Source: a virus (taxonomy: Duplodnaviria > Heunggongvirae > Uroviricota > Caudoviricetes). From it: DNA of 64,000 nucleotides. Below are positions 27,407-34,962 of the stretch, piece after piece. The stretch lies in the IMG/VR virus record IMGVR_UViG_3300025413_000008; one strand, given 5' to 3'. The translations under genes were made by a program, and so were the position numbers. How positions within the stretch are numbered: position 1 is the first letter of the stretch; each line of letters begins with the position of its first letter. Under the pieces are notes generated by a model that saw nothing but the letters and a program-made list of their open reading frames with translations, had not been told where the DNA came from and ran no database searches.

Positions 27407-27832
27407 TTATGACGATCTTGGAATGTGATGGTCGTTTTCTGATACGGATAGTCGTTTAGCCATATTCTTTTGAATTTTTATGTTTGGTGGCTGTCCAGTT
27501 CCAAGATCAGCATGTGTAAACACGCCATATAACTTGATCGTTGTTGGGTTTCTTCCGGATAATTCATACACGATGGCGATATCAGGTGTAAGATGTGCCT
27601 TCACCGCTTTTTGAAGATATTGTTTATAGATTCCATTACCAGTAAATGGTTTATCATTCGTGCCATACTGTGCAAGAGGATTTGCCTCTTTGAATCGCAT
27701 AAACTCTTGAATTTTTTGTAGAATGTTTGGTGTATCCTTCTGGGCACTAACCACAGAAGGAATCCACATAGAACCTTCTACAAATACTACGGAGTTATTT
27801 TGGGGTGGGTTAGAATTTGATTTTTTAGCCAT
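27407..27832 (-). CDS. RelE/YafQ-like mRNA interferase
   Basis: DKPFTGNG...KAHLTPDIAIVYEL...GVFTHADL parallels YafQ DHPL..W..H..PD..LIY...GTHSDL. Confidence 0.65.
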   Translation of the reverse strand: MAKKSNSNPPQNNSVVFVEGSMWIPSVVSAQKDTPNILQKIQEFMRFKEANPLAQYGTNDKPFTGNGIYKQYLQKAVKAHLTPDIAIVYELSGRNPTTIKLYGVFTHADLGTGQPPNIKIQKNMAKRLSVSENDHHIPRSS

Positions 27833-28016
27833 TAATCTTAACAGCTTCTTCCAAACGAGCCATCATTTCGTCTCCGGTCATTGGCTTGCTCCAAGGACCA
27901 TTTGCAGACTTGATGATTGCTACCACATCGTCCGTGCGGAGACCAGTATCGTTACTAGCATCAATGGCTTCAAAAAGAGCCTGTTCGCTGGGTTGGGTTA
28001 CTTCATTGATACGCAT
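27825..28016 (-). CDS. 63-aa acidic protein, putative antitoxin or capsid-targeted peptide
   Basis: 8-bp overlap with the toxin-like gene; GATAAATA at 28025-28032 and TTGACA at 28077-28082; starts MRINE. Confidence 0.65.
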   Translation of the reverse strand: MRINEVTQPSEQALFEAIDASNDTGLRTDDVVAIIKSANGPWSKPMTGDEMMARLEEAVKING

Positions 28017-28196
28017 GATATTATTATTTATCCTTCAGATCGTGTTATCAAACGGATATAACGTGCCTATTCTTATTGTCAAGAAAAAATAGTGGTTTTT
28101 TATTTGAAGATCATCCAATCCAACCCACCGTTGGAATCAAATCGGTCTGGTGCCGCCCCAACCTTCATGAATCATATTATGTTTCCTATATAAAAT

Positions 28197-28360
28197 GGCC
28201 CGTTCTGTTGACGGGTGGGCCAGACCCCGGAAATCATGCTGCTAGAGCAATATCCATGGTTGAATTATCATTTGCAGATACTTCTATTTAGTCTATAATG
28301 CGACTAACCAATCAGTCTAGGCGTTCCTATTCCGTGACAATCGATCCTATATTCAGGCCC
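28197..28360 (-). ncRNA. ssrA: Two-piece tmRNA, coding piece; tag ORF 28234-28275 encodes ANDNSTMDIALAA*
   Basis: 5' GGGCCTG pairs with acceptor CAGGTCC-A-CCA including G3-U; ANDN...LAA tag; 3' hairpin GGCCC-ACCCGTCAACAGAAC-GGGCC typical of alphaproteobacterial tmRNA. The 3' end is approximate. Confidence 0.92.
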
Positions 28361-28372
28361 ATCATAAAGAAA

Positions 28373-28558
28373 CTAAAACATTCCGCCTTTTCGGCGTTCT
28401 TTTCTGCACCATGCAGAATATGATAAAATTTTATCCTTATTCTTTTTCTTGGCACAGTATGCCTTATACTCTTTGTCTGTTTCAACGGTAGGAAGTTTCT
28501 TTCTTCCTCCCCTATAAAACTGTCTTTTACCAGACCATGGATTAGAATATATTGTCAT
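28373..28558 (-). CDS. 61-aa Lys/Arg-rich protein encoded inside the tmRNA intervening segment
   Basis: SD AAGGA immediately after the CCA end; ORF fills most of the 208-nt spacer. Confidence 0.65.
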   Translation of the reverse strand: MTIYSNPWSGKRQFYRGGRKKLPTVETDKEYKAYCAKKKNKDKILSYSAWCRKERRKGGMF

Positions 28559-28568
28559 AGTTTCCTTA

Positions 28569-28633
28569 TGGTGGACCTGTCGGGTACCGCCCCCGAGTCT
28601 TGTCTACCTTTATTGATAGCCATCATCAACTAA
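28569..28633 (-). ncRNA. ssrA: Two-piece tmRNA, acceptor piece
   Basis: T-arm TCGGG-GGCGGTA-CCCGA then CAGGTCC-A-CCA; GACAA pairs with TTGTC and GTTGATG pairs with CGTCAAC of the coding piece; TATAAATA at 28639-28646. The 5' end is inferred. Confidence 0.92.
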
Positions 28634-28637
28634 TGAC

Positions 28638-29786
28638 CTATTTATAATTCAAATCGTTGCTCTTGTCAAGAGTTTTTCCAACGTACTCATGAGAAAAACA
28701 TACTCTTTTAATATGTTTGTCCTTGTGGTTCTTTTCCTTGACGGCGCGGTTGGTTATATAATCTTTTCTACCCTTACCGTTCTTTGACGTTCCTCTCCAC
28801 CGTGGGGAAGAGTTTCTGTATTCACCCAATCGTGGATGCGCAGTTTTAGAAAAAAACCTACAACCTCTTGCTAAGAAGATTTCACCAATAGCATCACTTA
28901 AACGGGTCCCAAACCCAAGACCCTGATATTCCGGAAGAATTACTGTTCGGTGTCCTCTCCATGCATTCTTGAAGTTGCCATTTGGGAATGGAAGAGCGGC
29001 AGCAAATCCTACTATTTCACCATCCCAAATAGCTAACCAGCATTGTGCAGTTCTATTAAGGTTCCCGTCGAGATAGTGATGGTGGCGAAAGATAGGCCAG
29101 ATTTCGGTTGAACAAGGTATGATTTCCAGTTTGATTTCGGGTCTTGGCCGAAGAGACCCCCTTCCGGTCATTTGACCGGTCATAGTATCATATACCCAAT
29201 CGGGCTGTAACCATTCAATCACATCATAATGGCATGTTGCAAGAACAATGTTCTTTAGGTTATGTTTGTCAACATATCTACGAATTGCAACAGAACACGA
29301 TTTAGCTACATTCCTGTCAATAACAGATGTGAACTCATCAAAGACCATACCTGATACCAATGATCTTGCGAGATTGGCGCGAAACTGTTCTCCATTTGAA
29401 AGAACATGATATGGCCTGAGCCAAGATGGAATGGTGTTTAATCCCACAGCAGACAGTCGTTCTGCAGCTTGATCTGCCGATTCAAAGTGTGAGCAGATTG
29501 CTTTAGTTTCATCCCATTCAGGCTGTTCAGTAGAACCAAACGATTTCAACAGAGATGACTTACCTGATCCAGATGGACCAACAATCAACCCGATACCATA
29601 ATCTTCCGGAATACTTGGAACATTTGGAACAGTAAATGTGGTAGTCCCGTTGAACTCATAGTCAAACATAGATGATACTGCTTTAGTGATATCATCTTGA
29701 GATACAGATACCGATATATCTCTACTCGGTATCTTATCGTTCTCAAACTCAAATAGAGATGCTATACTATCGTGCATATTATTCAT
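28638..29786 (-). CDS. ABC-type ATPase fused to a GNAT acetyltransferase
   Basis: GPSGSGKS, LSNGEQFR, VFDEFTS; RTVILPEYQGLGFG. Confidence 0.85.
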   Translation of the reverse strand: MNNMHDSIASLFEFENDKIPSRDISVSVSQDDITKAVSSMFDYEFNGTTTFTVPNVPSIPEDYGIGLIVGPSGSGKSSLLKSFGSTEQPEWDETKAICSHFESADQAAERLSAVGLNTIPSWLRPYHVLSNGEQFRANLARSLVSGMVFDEFTSVIDRNVAKSCSVAIRRYVDKHNLKNIVLATCHYDVIEWLQPDWVYDTMTGQMTGRGSLRPRPEIKLEIIPCSTEIWPIFRHHHYLDGNLNRTAQCWLAIWDGEIVGFAAALPFPNGNFKNAWRGHRTVILPEYQGLGFGTRLSDAIGEIFLARGCRFFSKTAHPRLGEYRNSSPRWRGTSKNGKGRKDYITNRAVKEKNHKDKHIKRVCFSHEYVGKTLDKSNDLNYK

Positions 29787-31401
29787 CTGCTATTTCAAAC
29801 AGGTCCCCATATGGGTTCTGTTCTTTTTCGTATTGCTCTTTTGCATTCTGAATACGTGCTTGTGAAATCTTGATATAATCTGGATCAAGATCAATGCCAA
29901 TATAGTTGAAGCCTTCAAGCATCGCAGCCTTACCTGTTGAACCAGAACCATTGAATGGATCAAGAACGGTTCCACCTTTTGGTGTGACTAAACGACACAG
30001 ATACTTCATCAAGTCAGTTGGTTTCACTGTTGGGTGATTGTTCTTTTTGTTTTCTGGATGAATCCACTCATTGTCTGTGCAATCACATGGTTCAATCTGA
30101 TATGCGCCACATTTGTTACATACGCGACGAATGCCGTTTCCCTTTTGATTAGATACAGCCTTTTTATCAAATCCATCAAGCCCCGAATCTCTATCGGATT
30201 TGCTGGCTTTGGCACAGTAGAAGAATCTTGCTGCTGATCCCGTGTCGCCTCGTTTCGCTGATGGAACTCTTTGATATTCACCATAGCAATTAGTATTATC
30301 ATTTCCTGTATGTGATGGCTCTGTTCCTTTTACATCACCTTGTTGACCCTTACTTTCAGGAAACAATGCGACAACTTCATCACTACCATCATGAATGATA
30401 TTAGCGGGGAATCTTCCCGATACTGTTGCAGTTCCAATACTTATTTGCTTAGCTCCAATACCATATGCTCCACACCCCTTAGCGTTTGGATTATCGTTGC
30501 CCCCTTCACGGGCGAGATTATTTAAATTTTCTCCACCTTTTAAATCATATGTGCGAGTCTCATTACCAACACGACAATCATTAATATTGATGCCACCAGT
30601 TCCATGCTTTAGAACGTTCTTCGCTACAGTCTTTTCAGATAGTGGCTTCCTAGCAACGCAAATAGGCTCCCATGCTGGCTTCAGTGCCGTGCCCCAGCCA
30701 TCCCATTGTTTTGCTTCTTCTGTTGCTGGTGCAGTAATGTTTACTTCAGTCCGTGTCATTCCATATGAATGTGAGCCGCTTGCTGCTCCATTTTTAATGC
30801 CTACTTTCTTTTTACCCACGATTTCACGTTCCGCTGCATCTCGCAGAGGTCGCAGTTCTGAGGGAAGTTCAAGAACATCAACAAGTTTTTCCCAGTTATC
30901 TCCTGACGGTATTCTGAGACCGCTTTCCCAGTTCCAACATGCACCAGATGGGGTTCCTACTATTAGTTCGCTAATATCTTGTCTTGATAAACCCTTCTTT
31001 TCTCTTGCCGCTATCAATGCTATTCTAAACTTCTCAATAGATTCCGAAGGGGCAATGCCTTCTTTATCAATAGCCTTACCGATGTTCATAGACTTAGGAA
31101 AGCCAGAGCCATAAACCCATCCGATTTGATCGCGAATATCAAATCCAGCGTCTTCAATCGCTACTACCATTCTATGATATGTGCGAGTGCCAGAGAATGC
31201 AAGTAGATGACCACCTGGTTTCAATACTCGCATCACTTCTGACCACATTTCAACACTATATGCGATGCCAGAACTGTCCCATGATTTACCCATGAAGCCA
31301 AGTTCATACGGGGGATCAGTTACTACAGAATCTACAGAGTTGTCTTCCATAGTTTTTAATACGTCAACACAGTTGCCGTTATGCAATACAAATTTACTCA
31401 C
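29779..31401 (-). CDS. Beta-class N4/N6 DNA methyltransferase with an inserted XRE HTH domain
   Basis: DPPY near the N-terminus, LDPFNGSGSTG near the C-terminus, HPTVKP; GTG start. Confidence 0.9.
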   Translation of the reverse strand: MSKFVLHNGNCVDVLKTMEDNSVDSVVTDPPYELGFMGKSWDSSGIAYSVEMWSEVMRVLKPGGHLLAFSGTRTYHRMVVAIEDAGFDIRDQIGWVYGSGFPKSMNIGKAIDKEGIAPSESIEKFRIALIAAREKKGLSRQDISELIVGTPSGACWNWESGLRIPSGDNWEKLVDVLELPSELRPLRDAAEREIVGKKKVGIKNGAASGSHSYGMTRTEVNITAPATEEAKQWDGWGTALKPAWEPICVARKPLSEKTVAKNVLKHGTGGININDCRVGNETRTYDLKGGENLNNLAREGGNDNPNAKGCGAYGIGAKQISIGTATVSGRFPANIIHDGSDEVVALFPESKGQQGDVKGTEPSHTGNDNTNCYGEYQRVPSAKRGDTGSAARFFYCAKASKSDRDSGLDGFDKKAVSNQKGNGIRRVCNKCGAYQIEPCDCTDNEWIHPENKKNNHPTVKPTDLMKYLCRLVTPKGGTVLDPFNGSGSTGKAAMLEGFNYIGIDLDPDYIKISQARIQNAKEQYEKEQNPYGDLFEIADE

Positions 31402-31434
31402 GAATTAATCATATCCTTATAGTGCTTTGACCAA

Positions 31435-31463
31435 AATATATCCGAAAGATGCATTAATGTCAA
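31435..31463 (-). promoter_or_regulatory. Sigma70-type promoter TTGACA-17-TATATT
   Basis: Read directly. Confidence 0.8.
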
Positions 31464-31473
31464 TGATTTTCTA

Positions 31474-31605
31474 TTACTGAACCGCATGAGTCTTTTTATG
31501 CTTGAGACTTTTCTTCGTGATCTTTGTGTAAAGTTCTTTTTGTTTTTCTACATCTTTATTGATGATTGCTTCATACAATTTCTGAATTAGGGTTTTCACT
31601 CTCAT
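31474..31605 (-). CDS. 43-aa basic protein MRVKTLIQKLYEAIINKD... (not in the ORF track)
   Basis: Manually translated; starts 2 nt after the upstream stop. Confidence 0.55.
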   Translation of the reverse strand: MRVKTLIQKLYEAIINKDVEKQKELYTKITKKSLKHKKTHAVQ

Positions 31606-31607
31606 AA

Positions 31608-31958
31608 TTAGTGTCCATAGCAAACTGTCTGGCGTGTGACGAACGTATTATACTGGTCAAAGGTGTCGTTAATCTGGCAAGTGCCGCGAAAACGATCATA
31701 GTAGGTATAAGTCGTGACTGTATGATATACCGGATAAACTGGCGGCGGGGAATACGTAGGCACTTGTGGATAAACATTTATTGGCTGTTGATGATCCGAA
31801 TTAGAAATAATCACGCCAATAACCCCACCGATAATCAGTGGAGCAATAAAATCTCCGCCATGTCCACCATGAACACCATGCCAATGTTCACGTGCTTCTG
31901 AGGCTACGGGTGCAGTAGCCAATGCGATTCCGAGTAATGCTGAAATAAGCTTTTTCAT
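31608..31958 (-). CDS. Exported/membrane protein with signal peptide and Gly-zipper segment
   Basis: MKKLISALLGIALATAPVASEA signal; IIGGVIGVII; promoter TTGACT-17-TATAGT at 31978-32006; SD AGGAG. Confidence 0.75.
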   Translation of the reverse strand: MKKLISALLGIALATAPVASEAREHWHGVHGGHGGDFIAPLIIGGVIGVIISNSDHQQPINVYPQVPTYSPPPVYPVYHTVTTYTYYDRFRGTCQINDTFDQYNTFVTRQTVCYGH

Positions 31959-32022
31959 ATATTTTCTCCTTAACTATACTATATATGCATTTTTGTAAAA
32001 AGTCAAGGAGAAAACATAAATC

Positions 32023-32598
32023 TTACTGGGTGCGAGTATTTCCGTAATGGACGATTTTTCCTGCATGTTGATGGGCAGTAATTCTTCTCCAAGGATCAAT
32101 TACAGTGGAATTAACCGGAAACTGCAATTCTTTCACATACTGTTCCCAGTAACCAATCAGATACACATCTGTGGATTCTCTCTTTAGATCAAGATCGCCG
32201 GTATGAATATCATAATAATTTACTGTTCCACCCAGTTCTTCAACATAGTGTCCGACAAGCATTGAAGAGGAACCATTAGTATAAGGAACATTAGGCTTAT
32301 ATGCCTTTCCAACAATGGTTACATTCTTTCCATATTCTAAGCAACGCTTAGCCATGTTTTCCGCCTGAACTTCTCTTGCTCGCATGATAGCATCAAACAA
32401 ATCATAACCAAGACCGAGATTATCAGCCATGTAACGTAATGCAATGTTATCCCTTGGATGACAATTATGAACTACCAACCCAGTGGCTGAATTAACATAA
32501 TATTGATCATCATCAGTTTCATGATTTGGCTTCACTTCCATGTTATATACAAAACCATCATATTTTACTTTAGTGATTTCGTTAATTGTCGTCTTCAT
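32023..32598 (-). CDS. ugd: Split-intein C fragment (45 aa) fused to the C-terminal part of UDP-glucose dehydrogenase (146 aa)
   Basis: Block F YDGFVYNMEV, block G VVHN|C; extein CHPRDNIAL...VGKAYKPNV...IDPWR. Confidence 0.92.
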   Translation of the reverse strand: MKTTINEITKVKYDGFVYNMEVKPNHETDDDQYYVNSATGLVVHNCHPRDNIALRYMADNLGLGYDLFDAIMRAREVQAENMAKRCLEYGKNVTIVGKAYKPNVPYTNGSSSMLVGHYVEELGGTVNYYDIHTGDLDLKRESTDVYLIGYWEQYVKELQFPVNSTVIDPWRRITAHQHAGKIVHYGNTRTQ

Positions 32599-33476
32599 AA
32601 TTTTTCCTTTAATGTTTTACATTTGTCTCCATGCCATCGTTTATAGTTGCCTTTATTGGTAACAATTCCACAATGATAACATAATTCTGTTTTCCCATTT
32701 AGTATTTGATTTTGTTTTTCACGTTCTTCTACTGTCCGGTTGACATTCCACAATTTAACTGCTTCTGATATCAGTCTACCTCGAATTTCTTTTTCTTCTT
32801 CTGTCAATCTATCATGATAATTCTGTGTAGCGGCTGATAAATTATTACGATGTTTTATGCTTTCTTCTTCTGTTCTATTGGCATAGTATTCTTTTGATCC
32901 CATGGAAAGCAGTTCAGCGGTATGTTCACATATACCTTCCCACCAACCTTGGCGCATCAATTCATTCTTACGTTTTTCATCTGCTAACACTTGGCTTACT
33001 CCATTGGTTATCCAAGTTTTACCATAAGCATTATTTTTTTCTCCGGTCTCATTCCGAATATTATTCAATGACACTCTTTTACTATTTGGTGATCTCCCAA
33101 TTGACCATCCTTGATCTTCCATAATATTAATCAATGATAATTTAACACACACTTCAATATCGCCTTTTGACATCCATTTGGTGCCCAGAACAGTATATCT
33201 TCCATCAGCATAACTTCTATTAAAACTCATTGGGCTGTTAACAGCATCCAATTCTTTTAGTATAATATTTTCACGTTGTCTTATGTATAATTGATCGCCT
33301 GTCTCTAATATTTCGCGAGACCATTGGTCCGGATTGGCAATAATCATTGGCTCAACTATATCACTTGAACATAGATATCCATCTTGTGGATGACAACCCT
33401 CGCGTGTGCGGGAACCAATATACCACATGCCGGTAGGTTTATATGTCCACTTATAAATGTATGCTATTGTTTTCAT
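32595..33476 (-). CDS. Free-standing GIY-YIG-type homing endonuclease between the intein halves; ATG at 33476
   Basis: YIYKWT...WYIGSR...Y..SS...E...N motif spacing; WITNG repeat; C-terminal CxxC..HGDKC; own late box at 33482-33489. Confidence 0.8.
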   Translation of the reverse strand: MKTIAYIYKWTYKPTGMWYIGSRTREGCHPQDGYLCSSDIVEPMIIANPDQWSREILETGDQLYIRQRENIILKELDAVNSPMSFNRSYADGRYTVLGTKWMSKGDIEVCVKLSLINIMEDQGWSIGRSPNSKRVSLNNIRNETGEKNNAYGKTWITNGVSQVLADEKRKNELMRQGWWEGICEHTAELLSMGSKEYYANRTEEESIKHRNNLSAATQNYHDRLTEEEKEIRGRLISEAVKLWNVNRTVEEREKQNQILNGKTELCYHCGIVTNKGNYKRWHGDKCKTLKEKL

Positions 33477-33498
33477 CAATATATTTATTATTTAATAT

Positions 33499-34569
33499 TC
33501 ATGTAAACTTATCAATGACAAACAACTTATCGGTGTGCAGCACTTCGTCAGCCCTAGTCAACATATGCACTCCATCTCGTTCAATAGGAAGTAGATGATT
33601 GTCAGTGACAATCAAATCACCAATGAAAGTGTTAAATTTGATCATCTCCCCACTGAATGGTGTTTTGGTTACCGCCTTGATTGTTTTTTGATCTGTCCTA
33701 CTGCAGTCTGCGGTGGTAGATACAACCATAAACTTATCGGTTGAATTAAATTTATCATATAATTCTTCCATAGTTATCATCTCGTCATTTACTGTTACCG
33801 TAAATGATGGGAGAACACACGCGCCGCCATCGCCCATTCCTGCAGTCATATAAGCCGGTCCAGTGATACGATAATTGGAACGTGCGAGAGCACCTGTGAC
33901 CACATCAACGTTGATGTTACCATTTTTCTCGGCAACATCCTGAATCATATTGACAATTCCAACTTTTGCCGAAATAAAAGTATTGTAAAAAATCTTAATT
34001 GATTCTGCCTCATCCCATGTTCCTACTTCATATCGTGGGTCATTTTGCATGAATGCCTCATAAAAATGAATCAGTTCGGCAGCATCACCTGTAATAGAAC
34101 CATCTTCGGTGCCAATGATGACCATTTCTGGATTAGCCATGTCCCATTTAATAGTTCCCATTGCGATAAGATATGGGTTATAAATGAAGCGCGCATTGGT
34201 AATGCAAGGGCGCAATTGATTGCGCACTGTTCCAGGAAGGACAGTGCTAATTAATACTACTAACTGATTCTTATTAACCCATTTATTAACTTCTTTGAGA
34301 ATATCCGTCACAATGGTATAATCAAAATCTTTATTAGGGAGGTGACTTGTTGGAGTTTCACCGCCATATATGGGGTTATGTGGTGTCGGTGCCGCAATGA
34401 AGATAATATCTCTTCCTGATACTGCTTCCTGAATAGTATTACACATTGGAAACGTTGGAGTTCTTAATTCTACATCATAACCGACAACATCATAATAATC
34501 TGCCATTACTTCTGCGCAGTCTTGTCCGAGTTTTCCAACTCCAATCATTGCTACTTTTTTAATTGCCAT
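33499..34569 (-). CDS. ugd: N-terminal part of UDP-glucose dehydrogenase (250 aa) fused to the split-intein N fragment (106 aa, 33502-33819)
   Basis: IGVGKLG Rossmann motif, APTP, STVLPGT, KIFYNTFISAK, GMGDGGA|CVLP; block B VTDNH. Confidence 0.92.
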   Translation of the reverse strand: MAIKKVAMIGVGKLGQDCAEVMADYYDVVGYDVELRTPTFPMCNTIQEAVSGRDIIFIAAPTPHNPIYGGETPTSHLPNKDFDYTIVTDILKEVNKWVNKNQLVVLISTVLPGTVRNQLRPCITNARFIYNPYLIAMGTIKWDMANPEMVIIGTEDGSITGDAAELIHFYEAFMQNDPRYEVGTWDEAESIKIFYNTFISAKVGIVNMIQDVAEKNGNINVDVVTGALARSNYRITGPAYMTAGMGDGGACVLPSFTVTVNDEMITMEELYDKFNSTDKFMVVSTTADCSRTDQKTIKAVTKTPFSGEMIKFNTFIGDLIVTDNHLLPIERDGVHMLTRADEVLHTDKLFVIDKFT

Positions 34570-34708
34570 TTTTTAATTCCTGTTCAAATTTTTCAATTTC
34601 TGATTCAAGGGCGGCGCGAAAGGCAGAAGTAAGTTCATAGATTACATGGTCCTCTCCATGAAGGGCGATCATATCTTGTATTACTTCCTTATCAATTTCA
34701 AACTTCAC
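34559..34708 (-). CDS. 49-aa acidic protein, GTG start (not in the ORF track)
   Basis: Manually translated MKFEIDKEVIQD...; overlaps both neighbours; SD GAGGA. Confidence 0.5.
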   Translation of the reverse strand: MKFEIDKEVIQDMIALHGEDHVIYELTSAFRAALESEIEKFEQELKNGN

Positions 34709-34961
34709 TGATATCTTCCTTAATACTTTTTGGCGCGCTTACCTTATAAGTTCTAATGTTGGTAAGAATGTCTCTCATTTTTACTTCAATACTGTTGTCA
34801 TCTGTATCAAGTGTAACCCGTGCTGCTGCTGTCGGTCCAAACACTCTAAGAATATCATTCATGATCGCATCGCAGGTTTCTTGTGAAATTTCTTCAAATA
34901 GATATTTTGTGATGATGGAATTTACAGCAGTATCCATCTGTTCATGCATATTAAAGGTCAT
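34698..34961 (-). CDS. Hypothetical protein
   Basis: Contiguous operon ORF. Confidence 0.65.
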   Translation of the reverse strand: MTFNMHEQMDTAVNSIITKYLFEEISQETCDAIMNDILRVFGPTAAARVTLDTDDNSIEVKMRDILTNIRTYKVSAPKSIKEDISEV

Positions 34962-34962
34962 G

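Noticed and set aside
28100-28180. Second T-arm-like hairpin (GGTTGG-GGCGGCA-CCAGACC) and 12-codon ORF MIHEGWGGTRPI after the tmRNA
   Set aside because: No acceptor stem or CCA in register, and the ORF is too short to support; may be chance or a degenerate duplicate.
28076-28291. 71-aa plus-strand ORF
   Set aside because: It is the antisense of the tmRNA tag region.
28569-28605. Possible tRNA (T-arm plus CCA)
   Set aside because: No adjacent D-arm or anticodon arm; its 5' acceptor partner lies downstream at 28354-28360, so it is a permuted tmRNA.
30395-31114. 239-aa plus-strand ORF over the DNA methyltransferase
   Set aside because: Antisense shadow with no recognisable features.
32023-34569. 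UGDH as a pseudogene, or as interrupted by a group I intron
   Set aside because: Both fragments carry intact intein blocks at matching junctions, and the second has its own coupled start; no intron core was recognised.
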